A stretch of DNA of 36,237 nt from positions 1-36,237 of the IMG/VR virus record IMGVR_UViG_3300021295_000040; one strand, written 5' to 3'. This DNA is from a virus. Positions 1-9,197 of this stretch are shown one piece after another. How positions within the stretch are numbered: the stretch's first letter is position 1; each line of letters begins with the position of its first letter. A program made the translations under genes and the position numbers. A model generated the notes under the pieces. That model was not told where the DNA came from. It ran no database searches and saw only the letters and a list, made by a program, of their open reading frames with translations.

Positions 1-2166
1 CCTACTGGTGTCTGCACAATTCAAATGTCGACGGTTATTATAACATTTAACTGGTGTTTTGTACTTAGAATTCCTATAACCTGAATAAGTTACATTATCC
101 AATAACCAGGAATGTATTAATTTGGCTTTCTTTAAATCATTGGTTTCATTTCCAACAATCTTTTTAACAAGATTATCTATGACTTTTCCTTCTCCACCTT
201 TTAAGCTGGTGTTTTTCTTTGATTTGCTTGTTGTTTTAGATTTAGATGATGTTTTAGATGAGCTTGAATTTGATTGTTGAGCGGATTTATAATCCTCTTC
301 CCATTTGAGCCTACTTTCCCGGTATTGTCTGACACTACTTGGGAATGGATTTAGTTCAACTTCAGCGTCAAACTTTGTTCCATCATTGGTTATTGTAACA
401 GCTTCAATATACCATCTATTCAATGAATATCCGACATAACGATTATAGGTTGAATTTAGAACTTCTGCAAGTGTAGAAAAGTTTTCCAATACAAATTCAG
501 TTGGCAATTCTGTATATAAAAACATATTAGTGTGCAGTTTTTTTAATAATGGATTTCCCAACGGTAATGTGAGTTTTAAACTCAATAAATCACGAATACT
601 GTCACTTAATCTGTTTCTGGCACTAGCCATTTCATTATTAATTGACATGGCAGTATTTGTGGAAATTGGAGTTGTTTTAGTTTTCTTTGTAGATTTAGTT
701 GTTTTTTTATCAGAAGTTTTGAAATTAGGGAATTTGGAAGCAATTTCCTTTGCATTTTTACCAATGACAACACCTACACCAGCATTTAAAAGATGTTTTT
801 CAGGATTGCTGACGCCTCTGAAACTTGAAGGTGAAAAATTGTCATCATGAGCACGAGGCAGCCATTTTAAATTGTGAATATTTGTACTTGGTGGTGATAA
901 GAATGCCACTACCATTTTTGCCTTTTTCTTTTTGAGAACACTTTTATAGTGATTGGAAGACCAGTGCTCCTTTAAGGTTCCAGCACATGCACCGCCATAA
1001 ATGCACATGTATATTCCATTCTTTTTCACACGGTTTATTTGAGAATAATGATAACTTGGTCCGATACCACCAATTTCAACCTTGTAACCTCTTTTTTTAA
1101 GATATTTACCAATATCCTTCATTAACTTCATATCTCTTGATTTAGAATGAATATTGTCAATGTTCATAAACACAGTGATACCAGTTCCCTCTTTTTGCTT
1201 TGTATTGGTTGATTTTTTACTGGAAACTTTTTTAGAAGATGAAGTTTTTGCAGCAGTTGTTTTGTTTGGATTATCAATAGTTGTTGTTAAATTACCGAAA
1301 AATGCACTTAAATCCAGCCTAACAAGTTTTTCACTTGAATAAGAATATCCTTTCTTTAAACTGTCTTGAGAATTAACAACAACGCCTGTGATAATGTTGG
1401 TGGTGTCAAACTTAAATTTGCTACTTGCAAGTTCAGGAGTTGTCAAATATATTCCGCTTTGTAACCAATCTTCCTTGCTGAATGGTTCTATTTGAAGCAC
1501 ACCATACTTATTGAAATATACATCAATATACGCCCCTGTACTAAACACCAAATTACGTATCGCTTCAATATATGACACATCACGAAATACCATTTGGGTA
1601 GTTGATTTCATTGGATTGAAGTTTATACCATTTCCCCAAATTCCCTGATCATAATAAAGTTTTGGCCTCAGCCCTGAAAGTTCTGTTTTGTACTTGCTTA
1701 ATTTTTTAGCTGATACCCGACCCTTTCCATTATTAACACCATTTTGAGTGAGGAACAATCTCAATAAATCATAATAGCTATTGTTTTTAGAAATCAGATT
1801 AAATTTGCTTTGGTACTTTCTGCTGAAGTCCTGACATTGGTAGCTGTATAATCCTGTTGATTTATCATAATCTACAGTTAAAATGATGCCTCCAAAGTCT
1901 TCATGATAAGGACTTGTAATCAAAATTGTATATAAACCGGTCGTTAGGTCAAAATAATGTGGGCTGGTGAAAGTTGCAGTCTTTTGCCTCATATCAGTTT
2001 CTTTTATCTGATATTTGGTCCAATAAATCTGCAATTTGTTTTTCCAAAAATCATTACCAAGAGTTTTTGATTTGGCATTGGCAAACCTACCTACATAAAT
2101 GATTGAATGATTTTGAACAAGATTGGTGTCATAATACACCTTTTCAACAATACTGCTTATTGCCAT
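1..2166 (-). CDS. Baseplate hub/tail-associated cell-wall hydrolase, truncated at the window edge (at least 722 aa; absent from the ORF track)
   Basis: Manual translation from ATG 2166 (MAISSIVEKVYYDTN...) is open to position 1. It has an N-terminal hub-like region, an internal YGGACAGTL...WLPRAHDDNFS domain, Lys/Ser/Thr linkers, and a final ...IHSWLLDNVTYSGY...HLNCADTSR transglutaminase-like Cys motif. Confidence 0.8.
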   Translation of the reverse strand, partial: MAISSIVEKVYYDTNLVQNHSIIYVGRFANAKSKTLGNDFWKNKLQIYWTKYQIKETDMRQKTATFTSPHYFDLTTGLYTILITSPYHEDFGGIILTVDYDKSTGLYSYQCQDFSRKYQSKFNLISKNNSYYDLLRLFLTQNGVNNGKGRVSAKKLSKYKTELSGLRPKLYYDQGIWGNGINFNPMKSTTQMVFRDVSYIEAIRNLVFSTGAYIDVYFNKYGVLQIEPFSKEDWLQSGIYLTTPELASSKFKFDTTNIITGVVVNSQDSLKKGYSYSSEKLVRLDLSAFFGNLTTTIDNPNKTTAAKTSSSKKVSSKKSTNTKQKEGTGITVFMNIDNIHSKSRDMKLMKDIGKYLKKRGYKVEIGGIGPSYHYSQINRVKKNGIYMCIYGGACAGTLKEHWSSNHYKSVLKKKKAKMVVAFLSPPSTNIHNLKWLPRAHDDNFSPSSFRGVSNPEKHLLNAGVGVVIGKNAKEIASKFPNFKTSDKKTTKSTKKTKTTPISTNTAMSINNEMASARNRLSDSIRDLLSLKLTLPLGNPLLKKLHTNMFLYTELPTEFVLENFSTLAEVLNSTYNRYVGYSLNRWYIEAVTITNDGTKFDAEVELNPFPSSVRQYRESRLKWEEDYKSAQQSNSSSSKTSSKSKTTSKSKKNTSLKGGEGKVIDNLVKKIVGNETNDLKKAKLIHSWLLDNVTYSGYRNSKYKTPVKCYNNRRHLNCADTSR

Positions 2167-2179
2167 ATTCAAAACCACC

Positions 2180-2938
2180 TTATACATTGATTAATGCTTT
2201 TAAAGTTGCCTTATCAACCTTCCCGTTCACCTTTAATTTGTATTTCTTTTTATATTTTTTCTGAAACTTTTTAAGTGCTGTTTTTGTTACAGGACCAAAA
2301 TAACCATCAACCTGTTTTTTAGTCAGGTATCCCTTCTTTTTCAACACCTTCTGCATGTATTTAACACAATTACTCTTTTTTAAACCATATTTCAGATTTG
2401 AGAGTTTGCATTTTTTTAATTTATTCTTGTTGGTGCTGTTAGCCTTTGATTTTTTACTGACCTTTGCTTTCTTTTTTGCCTTTGCATAATTTTTCTTAGC
2501 TTTATTAACATAAGAATTATCATTTTTAAATTTAGTAATGTTGATACCCTTGAATTGAATGAATTCCAATGACCAAACAGTATTATCACGATAGGTCTGT
2601 TTTCTATCACTGTTTTTTGAAATGATATATCGGTCATTTTTAATGTCAATGGCTTCAGTAACTACATATAATGGAGTCATGGTTATCATCCATTCATGTA
2701 ACTTTTCAAGAACGGTAGTATTTCCAAACATATCATTTTTATTGATTATTACATCTATTTTAAATGAAATTCCACCGTAACCGTTGTTTAGAAATTGTTT
2801 GTTTCCCTCATTCAGGTCATTGACGATGATTTTTAAATCAGGAGTTACACCAACACCGTTGTTTTGGATAACTTTTAAAGACATAGGGGTTGAACCTTTA
2901 CTAATTTCATCAGCACTTATTACACTAAAAAAACTCAT
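2180..2938 (-). CDS. Tail/baseplate protein with C-terminal peptidoglycan-binding-like (PG_binding_1-type) domain
   Basis: Lies directly after the tape measure gene. The C-terminus (VKYMQKVLKKKGY...VDGYFGPVTKTALKKFQ...KVNGKVDKAT) matches the PG-binding three-helix pattern. Confidence 0.65.
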   Translation of the reverse strand: MSFFSVISADEISKGSTPMSLKVIQNNGVGVTPDLKIIVNDLNEGNKQFLNNGYGGISFKIDVIINKNDMFGNTTVLEKLHEWMITMTPLYVVTEAIDIKNDRYIISKNSDRKQTYRDNTVWSLEFIQFKGINITKFKNDNSYVNKAKKNYAKAKKKAKVSKKSKANSTNKNKLKKCKLSNLKYGLKKSNCVKYMQKVLKKKGYLTKKQVDGYFGPVTKTALKKFQKKYKKKYKLKVNGKVDKATLKALINV

Positions 2939-5130
2939 ACTGTCCTCCCTGCTGTTTTATTATCCCAAAAAATGTATTCTCTGATAACTTCAATGATTTC
3001 ATCAATTCTTTCCCTTTTATCAACTGTGCCAACATTTAAAGTGAGATTTAACACATTACCATTTTTATTATCACCAATAGCCAATAATACTTCTAATAAA
3101 TTTTCGTTAGAAAAATCGAAATTTGATGCGTTGGTATCATTTAAACTGTCGGTATTAAAACCAACATTGAATCTTGGATTTCCGAAGGATTTAACAGCAT
3201 TTTCCCCTACATTTCCGAGATTTCTGATGATGTTTTGACTTGCAGTTGGAATTCTATCACCTGTATCCTCCATCTCCTTGAGCAATTTTATTTGCATAAT
3301 TCCTGGAGAATGAATACCTAAAGCATTCAGGAAATTTTTAACAGCATTGACACCGGCTTCCCAAAATTTTTGAGGTAATGTTGCAGCCCATTGTCCTACA
3401 GCACTTAACATACTGTTCAATTCAGCCACAAACCTACCAGGCATGCTTGAAATTTGACCCATAAATCGAGTAACTGAATTTACACCAGCACTTAACATTC
3501 TCTGGACAAAATTATTACCAAATCCAAGTGTTCTTGCAATCATATTGGTGAATATCATTGCTAATTGGAATGGAAGAGTTGCAATAAAAATCATTACACC
3601 AATTACACCATCAACAATATTATTGCCAGTTATTGAAACATTGGATTGTAATAATCCTCCTAATGTCATAATATAAGTGTAAAGGTTTTGCAGTGAACTT
3701 ATAACCCAATTTACAAAGTTCATAACAGAAGTATAAATTATTTGACCAGCCAATATGAAAGATTGGCCCAAAGCATCTATTGCGGCCCTTACTTGCTCGT
3801 TATTAAAGTAAAGATAACCTAAAACTGCAATCAATGCGATGATTGCAAGTACAACAATCATTATTGGATTTGCACTCATTGCTGCATTCATTAACCATTG
3901 AGCTGCAGCACCCGCTTTAGTTGCAATATTACTTGCAATTTGAGTTAATTCTAATGTCCTTAATGAACCTGCAAGAGTTACAATACCATTAATACCCACA
4001 GCAAATGAACCGGCTTGACCAATTAAACCTAAAAAACTAGTCATTGGAGCTAATACAGGAGACATTAAAAGACTCATATCTTCCCAAGCAGCATTTATTT
4101 GGTCCAACCAAGTTTTATGTTCAGCTTCTTCACTAGCAAGTGTTTGTAATTGACCTTCATATTCACCAGTTAGTTGAGAAGCATTTGAAATTGATCCAGC
4201 TTGAAGTCCAAGTGCTTGTTCTAATGCTTTTGTATCACCATTAGATTCTTTTAATGCATCTGATAAACCAGTTAACGCTGCACGACCGCCACCAAATTTT
4301 TGTGTGGCACCAGCAATAATGACAGATGCTTGATCAACATTAAAACCTAATTCATTGAATTGGGAGTCATATTTTCTTAAGAAAGTATAATAGTTCTGCA
4401 TTCCGCCAACAGTGTTTGAATTAGCATAAGCAAGTGCATTAAAACTTGATGAAACATTATTCATATCTACACCAAGAACACTAAGTTCCTGACCTAAGCT
4501 ATTTGTAGTTTGAGCACCCAGACCAAATGCATCATTAATACGGTCTAAATCTGTTGCTGATTTGCCAAGATTTTCACTAGAAACACCGATTTGGTCAAGA
4601 CTTTTAACATACATCATTGCTTCATCATTTGGAAATGTAGCATTTGATATATTATTAATTAAACTAATCATTTTAGGTTCGGCAACACCTGTTTGTGTCG
4701 ATAGTTGACCAACACTTATGGCTGCTGTGTTCATATCTTGAGCCATACCTTCAGCGTTACTACCAATACTGGATAACTCACTTGATATACTCATTAAAGC
4801 TCCGGCTTCAATTAATTCAAGACTATTTCCTAATCCTTCAACATCTGATTCAGCATTTTGAGCAGAACCCCCTAATTCATCTATAGGTGAACTGTCAATG
4901 CCACTTAATGATGAAGATAAATTATCAGAACTATTTGAGGCATTTTGCATTGAGGTATCAAGATTTTCTACAGATTCTTCAGCATTAACAACATCTGAAT
5001 CTTCAACATTAACATCAATATCTACATCACTTTCCATTTCTTTTAGTGTGGATATGGCTTCGGACAAATCCTCAACTTCAGTCTTGTCAGCTCTTGCTGT
5101 AATGTTAATATCAAGATTATTATCTGCCAT
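2935..5130 (-). CDS. Tail tape measure protein (731 aa)
   Basis: Long Ala/Ser/Gly-rich helical protein with amphipathic repeats, hydrophobic segments (MSANPIMIVVLAIIALIAVLGYLY) and a LGIHSPG motif; follows the chaperone gene. Confidence 0.9.
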   Translation of the reverse strand: MADNNLDINITARADKTEVEDLSEAISTLKEMESDVDIDVNVEDSDVVNAEESVENLDTSMQNASNSSDNLSSSLSGIDSSPIDELGGSAQNAESDVEGLGNSLELIEAGALMSISSELSSIGSNAEGMAQDMNTAAISVGQLSTQTGVAEPKMISLINNISNATFPNDEAMMYVKSLDQIGVSSENLGKSATDLDRINDAFGLGAQTTNSLGQELSVLGVDMNNVSSSFNALAYANSNTVGGMQNYYTFLRKYDSQFNELGFNVDQASVIIAGATQKFGGGRAALTGLSDALKESNGDTKALEQALGLQAGSISNASQLTGEYEGQLQTLASEEAEHKTWLDQINAAWEDMSLLMSPVLAPMTSFLGLIGQAGSFAVGINGIVTLAGSLRTLELTQIASNIATKAGAAAQWLMNAAMSANPIMIVVLAIIALIAVLGYLYFNNEQVRAAIDALGQSFILAGQIIYTSVMNFVNWVISSLQNLYTYIMTLGGLLQSNVSITGNNIVDGVIGVMIFIATLPFQLAMIFTNMIARTLGFGNNFVQRMLSAGVNSVTRFMGQISSMPGRFVAELNSMLSAVGQWAATLPQKFWEAGVNAVKNFLNALGIHSPGIMQIKLLKEMEDTGDRIPTASQNIIRNLGNVGENAVKSFGNPRFNVGFNTDSLNDTNASNFDFSNENLLEVLLAIGDNKNGNVLNLTLNVGTVDKRERIDEIIEVIREYIFWDNKTAGRTV

Positions 5131-5132
5131 TG

Positions 5133-5315
5133 TTAATCAACTACTAAAAATGCTTTATTTTTCAAGCTATGTTGTCTTGCAATTTCTTTCATACATATTA
5201 TTGCCATTTGTTGTAAGATTGTTAAATTTTCAATATTTCCATTGTTTAATCTATGTCCCGCAATATATAATTGAGTTAAATGTCTTAATTTACCAGTTTT
5301 TAGGTCTAAAACCCC
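5133..5315 (-). CDS. Putative -1 frameshift extension of the tail assembly chaperone (gpT-like, 60 codons)
   Basis: The -1 frame (GVLDLKTGKLRHLTQLYIAGHRLNNG...AFLVVD*) is open from the GGGGTTTT run at the chaperone end to 2 nt before the tape measure start. It has no early ATG. Confidence 0.6.
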   Translation of the reverse strand, partial: GVLDLKTGKLRHLTQLYIAGHRLNNGNIENLTILQQMAIICMKEIARQHSLKNKAFLVVD

Positions 5316-5719
5316 ATTAAATCATCAAATATTTGTTGTTGTGCATCTTCTGATGTATCCATCAATTCCACACCACTTATTCTGTTAATTTCATTTGTAA
5401 TTCTGGTTATTACACCAGCCGGCAATTCGGCCAGTAAATCATCAGGGAATTTGGTTTCATCAAGTTTGTAAACGCCTAATTTAGCAAGTTCAATCAATAG
5501 ATTAGTTTTCAGTCTTTTACTTGATAATATGGCTTTTTGATATTCATTTGTTGATAATGGTCTTATTAAAACTCCAACCTTTTTTGTAGTATTTGGATAA
5601 ATGAATGTGAATGGTATTTTAGCATTTGTTCCTTCAGTGATTATCTGATCCAATTCAAAAATTTCTTCCTCTTTTTGTAAGTGTTCTAATTCTTTTTGCT
5701 TTTCTTTTTCAGCAGGCAT
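5306..5719 (-). CDS. Tail assembly chaperone (gpG-like)
   Basis: Acidic 137-aa protein between tube and tape measure genes; IRPLSTNEY motif; ends ATG GGG TTT TAG. Confidence 0.7.
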   Translation of the reverse strand: MPAEKEKQKELEHLQKEEEIFELDQIITEGTNAKIPFTFIYPNTTKKVGVLIRPLSTNEYQKAILSSKRLKTNLLIELAKLGVYKLDETKFPDDLLAELPAGVITRITNEINRISGVELMDTSEDAQQQIFDDLMGF

Positions 5720-5800
5720 CTTTAAATCTCCATAAATAAAAATAATTTGTTTAAAAATTTTTTAAAAAAAAAGAATGAATAAAACAAAGTTTAAAGTGTT

Positions 5801-6196
5801 TTATTCATATTTCCTATCTCTTCTACTTGCTTTGAGCTTGATATTTTCAACGGTTTTTTCATCAGGTTTTACTTCATAATCGTTACCATTTACTAAACAA
5901 TTGAAATAATTATCTACGATGGTGTATGATTCATCAGGTGTGATGACAGTTTCTCTTATAGTAACCATTGCAGGTGTGCTTATCATTTTATCTAAAGTTT
6001 CTGACATCTCTTTGTGTGAAGCTAATCCCTCATATCTTAATTTTGAAAATTCAAGACTCCACGGTACTTCGTCAAGTCCCTCATTTACTACACCGTCAAA
6101 GGTGGAAGTGCTTGAAGTATTTGTTTCAGGACTTGCTTTTGCTGATGTACCATACATCATTTTTTTACCGTCAATAATAACTTCCTTATTAGCCAT
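5801..6196 (-). CDS. Tail tube protein
   Basis: 131-aa beta-rich protein directly after the sheath gene. Confidence 0.65.
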   Translation of the reverse strand: MANKEVIIDGKKMMYGTSAKASPETNTSSTSTFDGVVNEGLDEVPWSLEFSKLRYEGLASHKEMSETLDKMISTPAMVTIRETVITPDESYTIVDNYFNCLVNGNDYEVKPDEKTVENIKLKASRRDRKYE

Positions 6197-7228
6197 CTAT
6201 TCCACCTCAATTGTAATGTAAACGTCGATTTCAGTGATAATTCCAGCAAATAACAATTTGGTAATGTTTATATCAACGCACTTTGGAGATTTCTTTTCTA
6301 CAGTGTATTCAATGTCTTCAAGTAAATCTAAAGTGTTTACACACCTATCTTTGACCCTATCCAATTCCTGTTTGATTTCATTTAAAGTTGCAGTACGGTT
6401 TCTTTCACCTAAGAATTGATGTAGGCTCATTTCACGTACAATAAAATCACGTGCCCGGTTGATATATAAATCATAACCGTTTGGTTGTTCGCTGTTGACA
6501 ACAACATATTTATTATTTCCACGATCTTGACATCTGAATGTAGTTATACCAGATTCAAGTAATGATAAACCATTTCCACCTGTTTCAAATGATAATTCTG
6601 GAGTAACACCAGTTACATTTGGAACCACTTTCATTGTCATACTATTTCCAACATTTAAGCTTGCAAGAACACCGCAATAATATGCTGCACTTTCCACCTC
6701 AGATAGTAACGTATCATTTACTATTAATTGCTGGTTCAACAATCCGTAACTGAAATCTCCAGCCAGACTTGCATCGAAATTTATAAATGATACATAACCG
6801 GCAGGTAATTTATCCTTAAACCTTTTGTCTAAAAATTCAGTAATTATTGGAATTAAATTGGAATCAACTTTAACTGCTATGTATAACATGTTAAAGTCCT
6901 CACCACTTATTTTAGACAATGCTGATGTTAGTTTTCCTGGAGTGATGTCTTTATCAACAACCTCATTTTCACCGCTTCCAGATTTGGTGGTGATATTTAC
7001 AGCTAAAATACTTGAAGCTCCGTAAAACAATTCATCCAAACATGCAACACCAGCGTAACTAGTATCATTTCCTAATTCTTCATGAGCATCATCAATTTTG
7101 GTAAATAATAATGGTTCAGTTTCAGTGGAATCAAAAGCACCGATTAAAGCTATCTTTGATGCTAGTCCAGGTTTGCTTTTTACAGGATTTGGTTTTTTAA
7201 AAATCTGAACTTTTGGTAATGAAGCCAT
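6197..7228 (-). CDS. Tail sheath protein (compact, 343 aa)
   Basis: N-terminal KIALIGAF...ELFYGASSILAVNI pattern and C-terminal beta-rich IEYTVEK...VDINITK...ITEIDVYITIE typical of contractile sheaths; position between terminator and tube. Confidence 0.7.
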   Translation of the reverse strand: MASLPKVQIFKKPNPVKSKPGLASKIALIGAFDSTETEPLLFTKIDDAHEELGNDTSYAGVACLDELFYGASSILAVNITTKSGSGENEVVDKDITPGKLTSALSKISGEDFNMLYIAVKVDSNLIPIITEFLDKRFKDKLPAGYVSFINFDASLAGDFSYGLLNQQLIVNDTLLSEVESAAYYCGVLASLNVGNSMTMKVVPNVTGVTPELSFETGGNGLSLLESGITTFRCQDRGNNKYVVVNSEQPNGYDLYINRARDFIVREMSLHQFLGERNRTATLNEIKQELDRVKDRCVNTLDLLEDIEYTVEKKSPKCVDINITKLLFAGIITEIDVYITIEVE

Positions 7229-7232
7229 AATT

Positions 7233-7397
7233 TCAACCCCCTATTTTCAAATTCGCATACTCTTTAATGATTTTTTCAAATTCTTTTTTATTATTGATAG
7301 AAATATTATTAGATGAAATGTAATATCTTAATCCAGATTTGAACATATTGGGACAAAGCAAATCATCTAATTCTTTATCTAAATCAAATTTTACCAT
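7233..7397 (-). CDS. Small hypothetical protein (54 aa, MVKFDLDKELDDLLCPNMFKSGLRYY...KIGG)
   Basis: Manual translation; fills the gap between flanking genes, below the ORF-track cutoff. Confidence 0.55.
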   Translation of the reverse strand: MVKFDLDKELDDLLCPNMFKSGLRYYISSNNISINNKKEFEKIIKEYANLKIGG

Positions 7398-7403
7398 AAA
7401 CAA

Positions 7404-7874
7404 TCACTTTTCTTCAATTTTTTCTAATAATAAATTACATAAATAATAATCTTCTTCAGATGGAACTAACGATTCTGGTTTGCTTTTCACTTGAATTCTT
7501 AAATGGCCTCTTGTTAAGACAAAATCCCTGTTGTATTCAGGAGTTATATTTCTAATGATTGGTTTATTGTCAAATAGGTCATTATTTTCATAGATTAATC
7601 TGGTGATTTCTTTAGAAACAGTTTTGATGATTTTAAGTGCTTCTCGGTAGTTACGGTTTTTAGTAACTATAAGAACTTCAACCAGATCTGTGAAACTTGA
7701 AAAATCAAAACCTTCAATATTACTTTCACTATCAACAGCCCCAACAAAAATGCTATTGCTTTCCTGGACAACCTGTTTAGAAGGATAGGAAATTTTAAAA
7801 TGTTTTAATAATGGGTTTTGCTCATTTTGTGCTTTTAATAATATTTTTAAAATTATTTCATCAGTTTGTAGCAT
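7404..7874 (-). CDS. Tail terminator/completion-like protein
   Basis: 156 aa, position between neck and sheath genes; assignment by synteny. Confidence 0.5.
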   Translation of the reverse strand: MLQTDEIILKILLKAQNEQNPLLKHFKISYPSKQVVQESNSIFVGAVDSESNIEGFDFSSFTDLVEVLIVTKNRNYREALKIIKTVSKEITRLIYENNDLFDNKPIIRNITPEYNRDFVLTRGHLRIQVKSKPESLVPSEEDYYLCNLLLEKIEEK

Positions 7875-8388
7875 TATAAATCTCCACCTTTAAAATATCT
7901 ACTGCTCGATTGCTTGTCTCTTCAAAAGCCGGTTTTACAAAAGGTCTTGGAGGAGCCGGTGATGAGTATTTACTGAAAATTTCTTTTCCAGATAATGTAA
8001 ACCAATGCAAAAACTTTGCTCTTATTGGCCTTACTTCTCTTCGGCCCTTTTCAACACATAATGGATAGAAATGTGTGATGTTTGTCCCAATGATGTAGTT
8101 GGTTTCAGATTCTTTTGTAATTTCAATACTATTCAATAAGTTGTTAGAAAACATTGTTGCATTAGTTGCTATTGCCAATTCCTGAAGGGATTTATCAACT
8201 TCAGCAATTGCTTTTGCTCCCGTCTTTGAGCCTTCAATTATTCCATTTTTATACCTTTGGGCAATTTCAACAGCAGGCTCAAAAATTGGATCATTAGCAA
8301 AAAAATCAATTAACTCATCTAACTCAACAGTATCCAGATTTACATTGACTTCAGTATCCAATTCATCCCAAGTACCCATATTTTCCAC
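7861..8388 (-). CDS. HK97 gp10-like neck/tail-completion protein
   Basis: C-terminal YPLCVEKG...PPRPFVKPAFEE motif characteristic of the gp10-like family. Confidence 0.7.
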   Translation of the reverse strand: MENMGTWDELDTEVNVNLDTVELDELIDFFANDPIFEPAVEIAQRYKNGIIEGSKTGAKAIAEVDKSLQELAIATNATMFSNNLLNSIEITKESETNYIIGTNITHFYPLCVEKGRREVRPIRAKFLHWFTLSGKEIFSKYSSPAPPRPFVKPAFEETSNRAVDILKVEIYNATN

Positions 8389-8395
8389 CTACGTT

Positions 8396-8782
8396 TTAGA
8401 AAATATTGAAATTGTATTTTTTATAAGGTTTTAACATTTCTTTTGCTTGAATTATCAATGAGTCCCCATAACCGATTGTTACTGACTCGTCAATCTGGTC
8501 ATTGGCCCTGATATCATATTTCCTCCAAAGAAGTCCAGCTGTCCACAATATCAATGCAGTGTCGCTGATTGGAATATCTGAAAAATCAGACAATTGTGTG
8601 TAGGATAAAGCGTAGTTTTGTGCCACATTATAGAAGTGTAGGATTTCTTCACTTGACACTTTTTTATTATAGTCCATGCCATTGTACTCAGAATCAATTA
8701 AATTGTCCTCGTTATCTACATCAGCAACCGTCCAGTTATCCAGTTTAAATAACACTTCTTTAATTATTGTTTCATCATCCAT
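8396..8782 (-). CDS. Head-tail adaptor/connector protein
   Basis: 128-aa helical protein following the capsid gene; synteny. Confidence 0.55.
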   Translation of the reverse strand: MDDETIIKEVLFKLDNWTVADVDNEDNLIDSEYNGMDYNKKVSSEEILHFYNVAQNYALSYTQLSDFSDIPISDTALILWTAGLLWRKYDIRANDQIDESVTIGYGDSLIIQAKEMLKPYKKYNFNIF

Positions 8783-8872
8783 TATTCACACAACCTTTAA
8801 AAAAGTATTAAAATAATTAATCATAGGATTGAAAATTTGATAAGTAATTTTCAACCTAAAAATTAATCATAA

Positions 8873-9197
8873 TCAAGTAATCCTTCCACTATCTATAGGT
8901 TCCGAAACATTAATTAAAATCAGTTCAAACTCATCATTACCATCAGAAACATCAATAATTCTTTCAGCAGTATAATCTTCACCAGATATAGTTGCTGATG
9001 CAAATAATAGATATTCTCCATCTTCCACATCTCTTAATGTACAGCCACCAGCACTACCAGTAGTACATGATTTAATTGGCTCTCCTTCAGGATGTTCCGC
9101 TGATGGATATAATCCGACAGAAACTCCACTGATAGAAGTGGAACCATCAGTTACAGTTACACTAATATTTCTTTTTTCAGGATTCACCTCATTATTA
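8873..9197 (-). CDS. Ig-like/transthyretin-like domain, probably expressed as a +1 frameshift extension of the capsid protein (track ORF 8873..9259)
   Basis: Beta-sandwich pattern ISVTVTDGSTSISGVSVGLY...CTTGSAGGCTLRDVEDGEYLLFAS. Its only Met lies inside the capsid gene, which ends CCC TAA with the +1 frame open. Confidence 0.7.
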
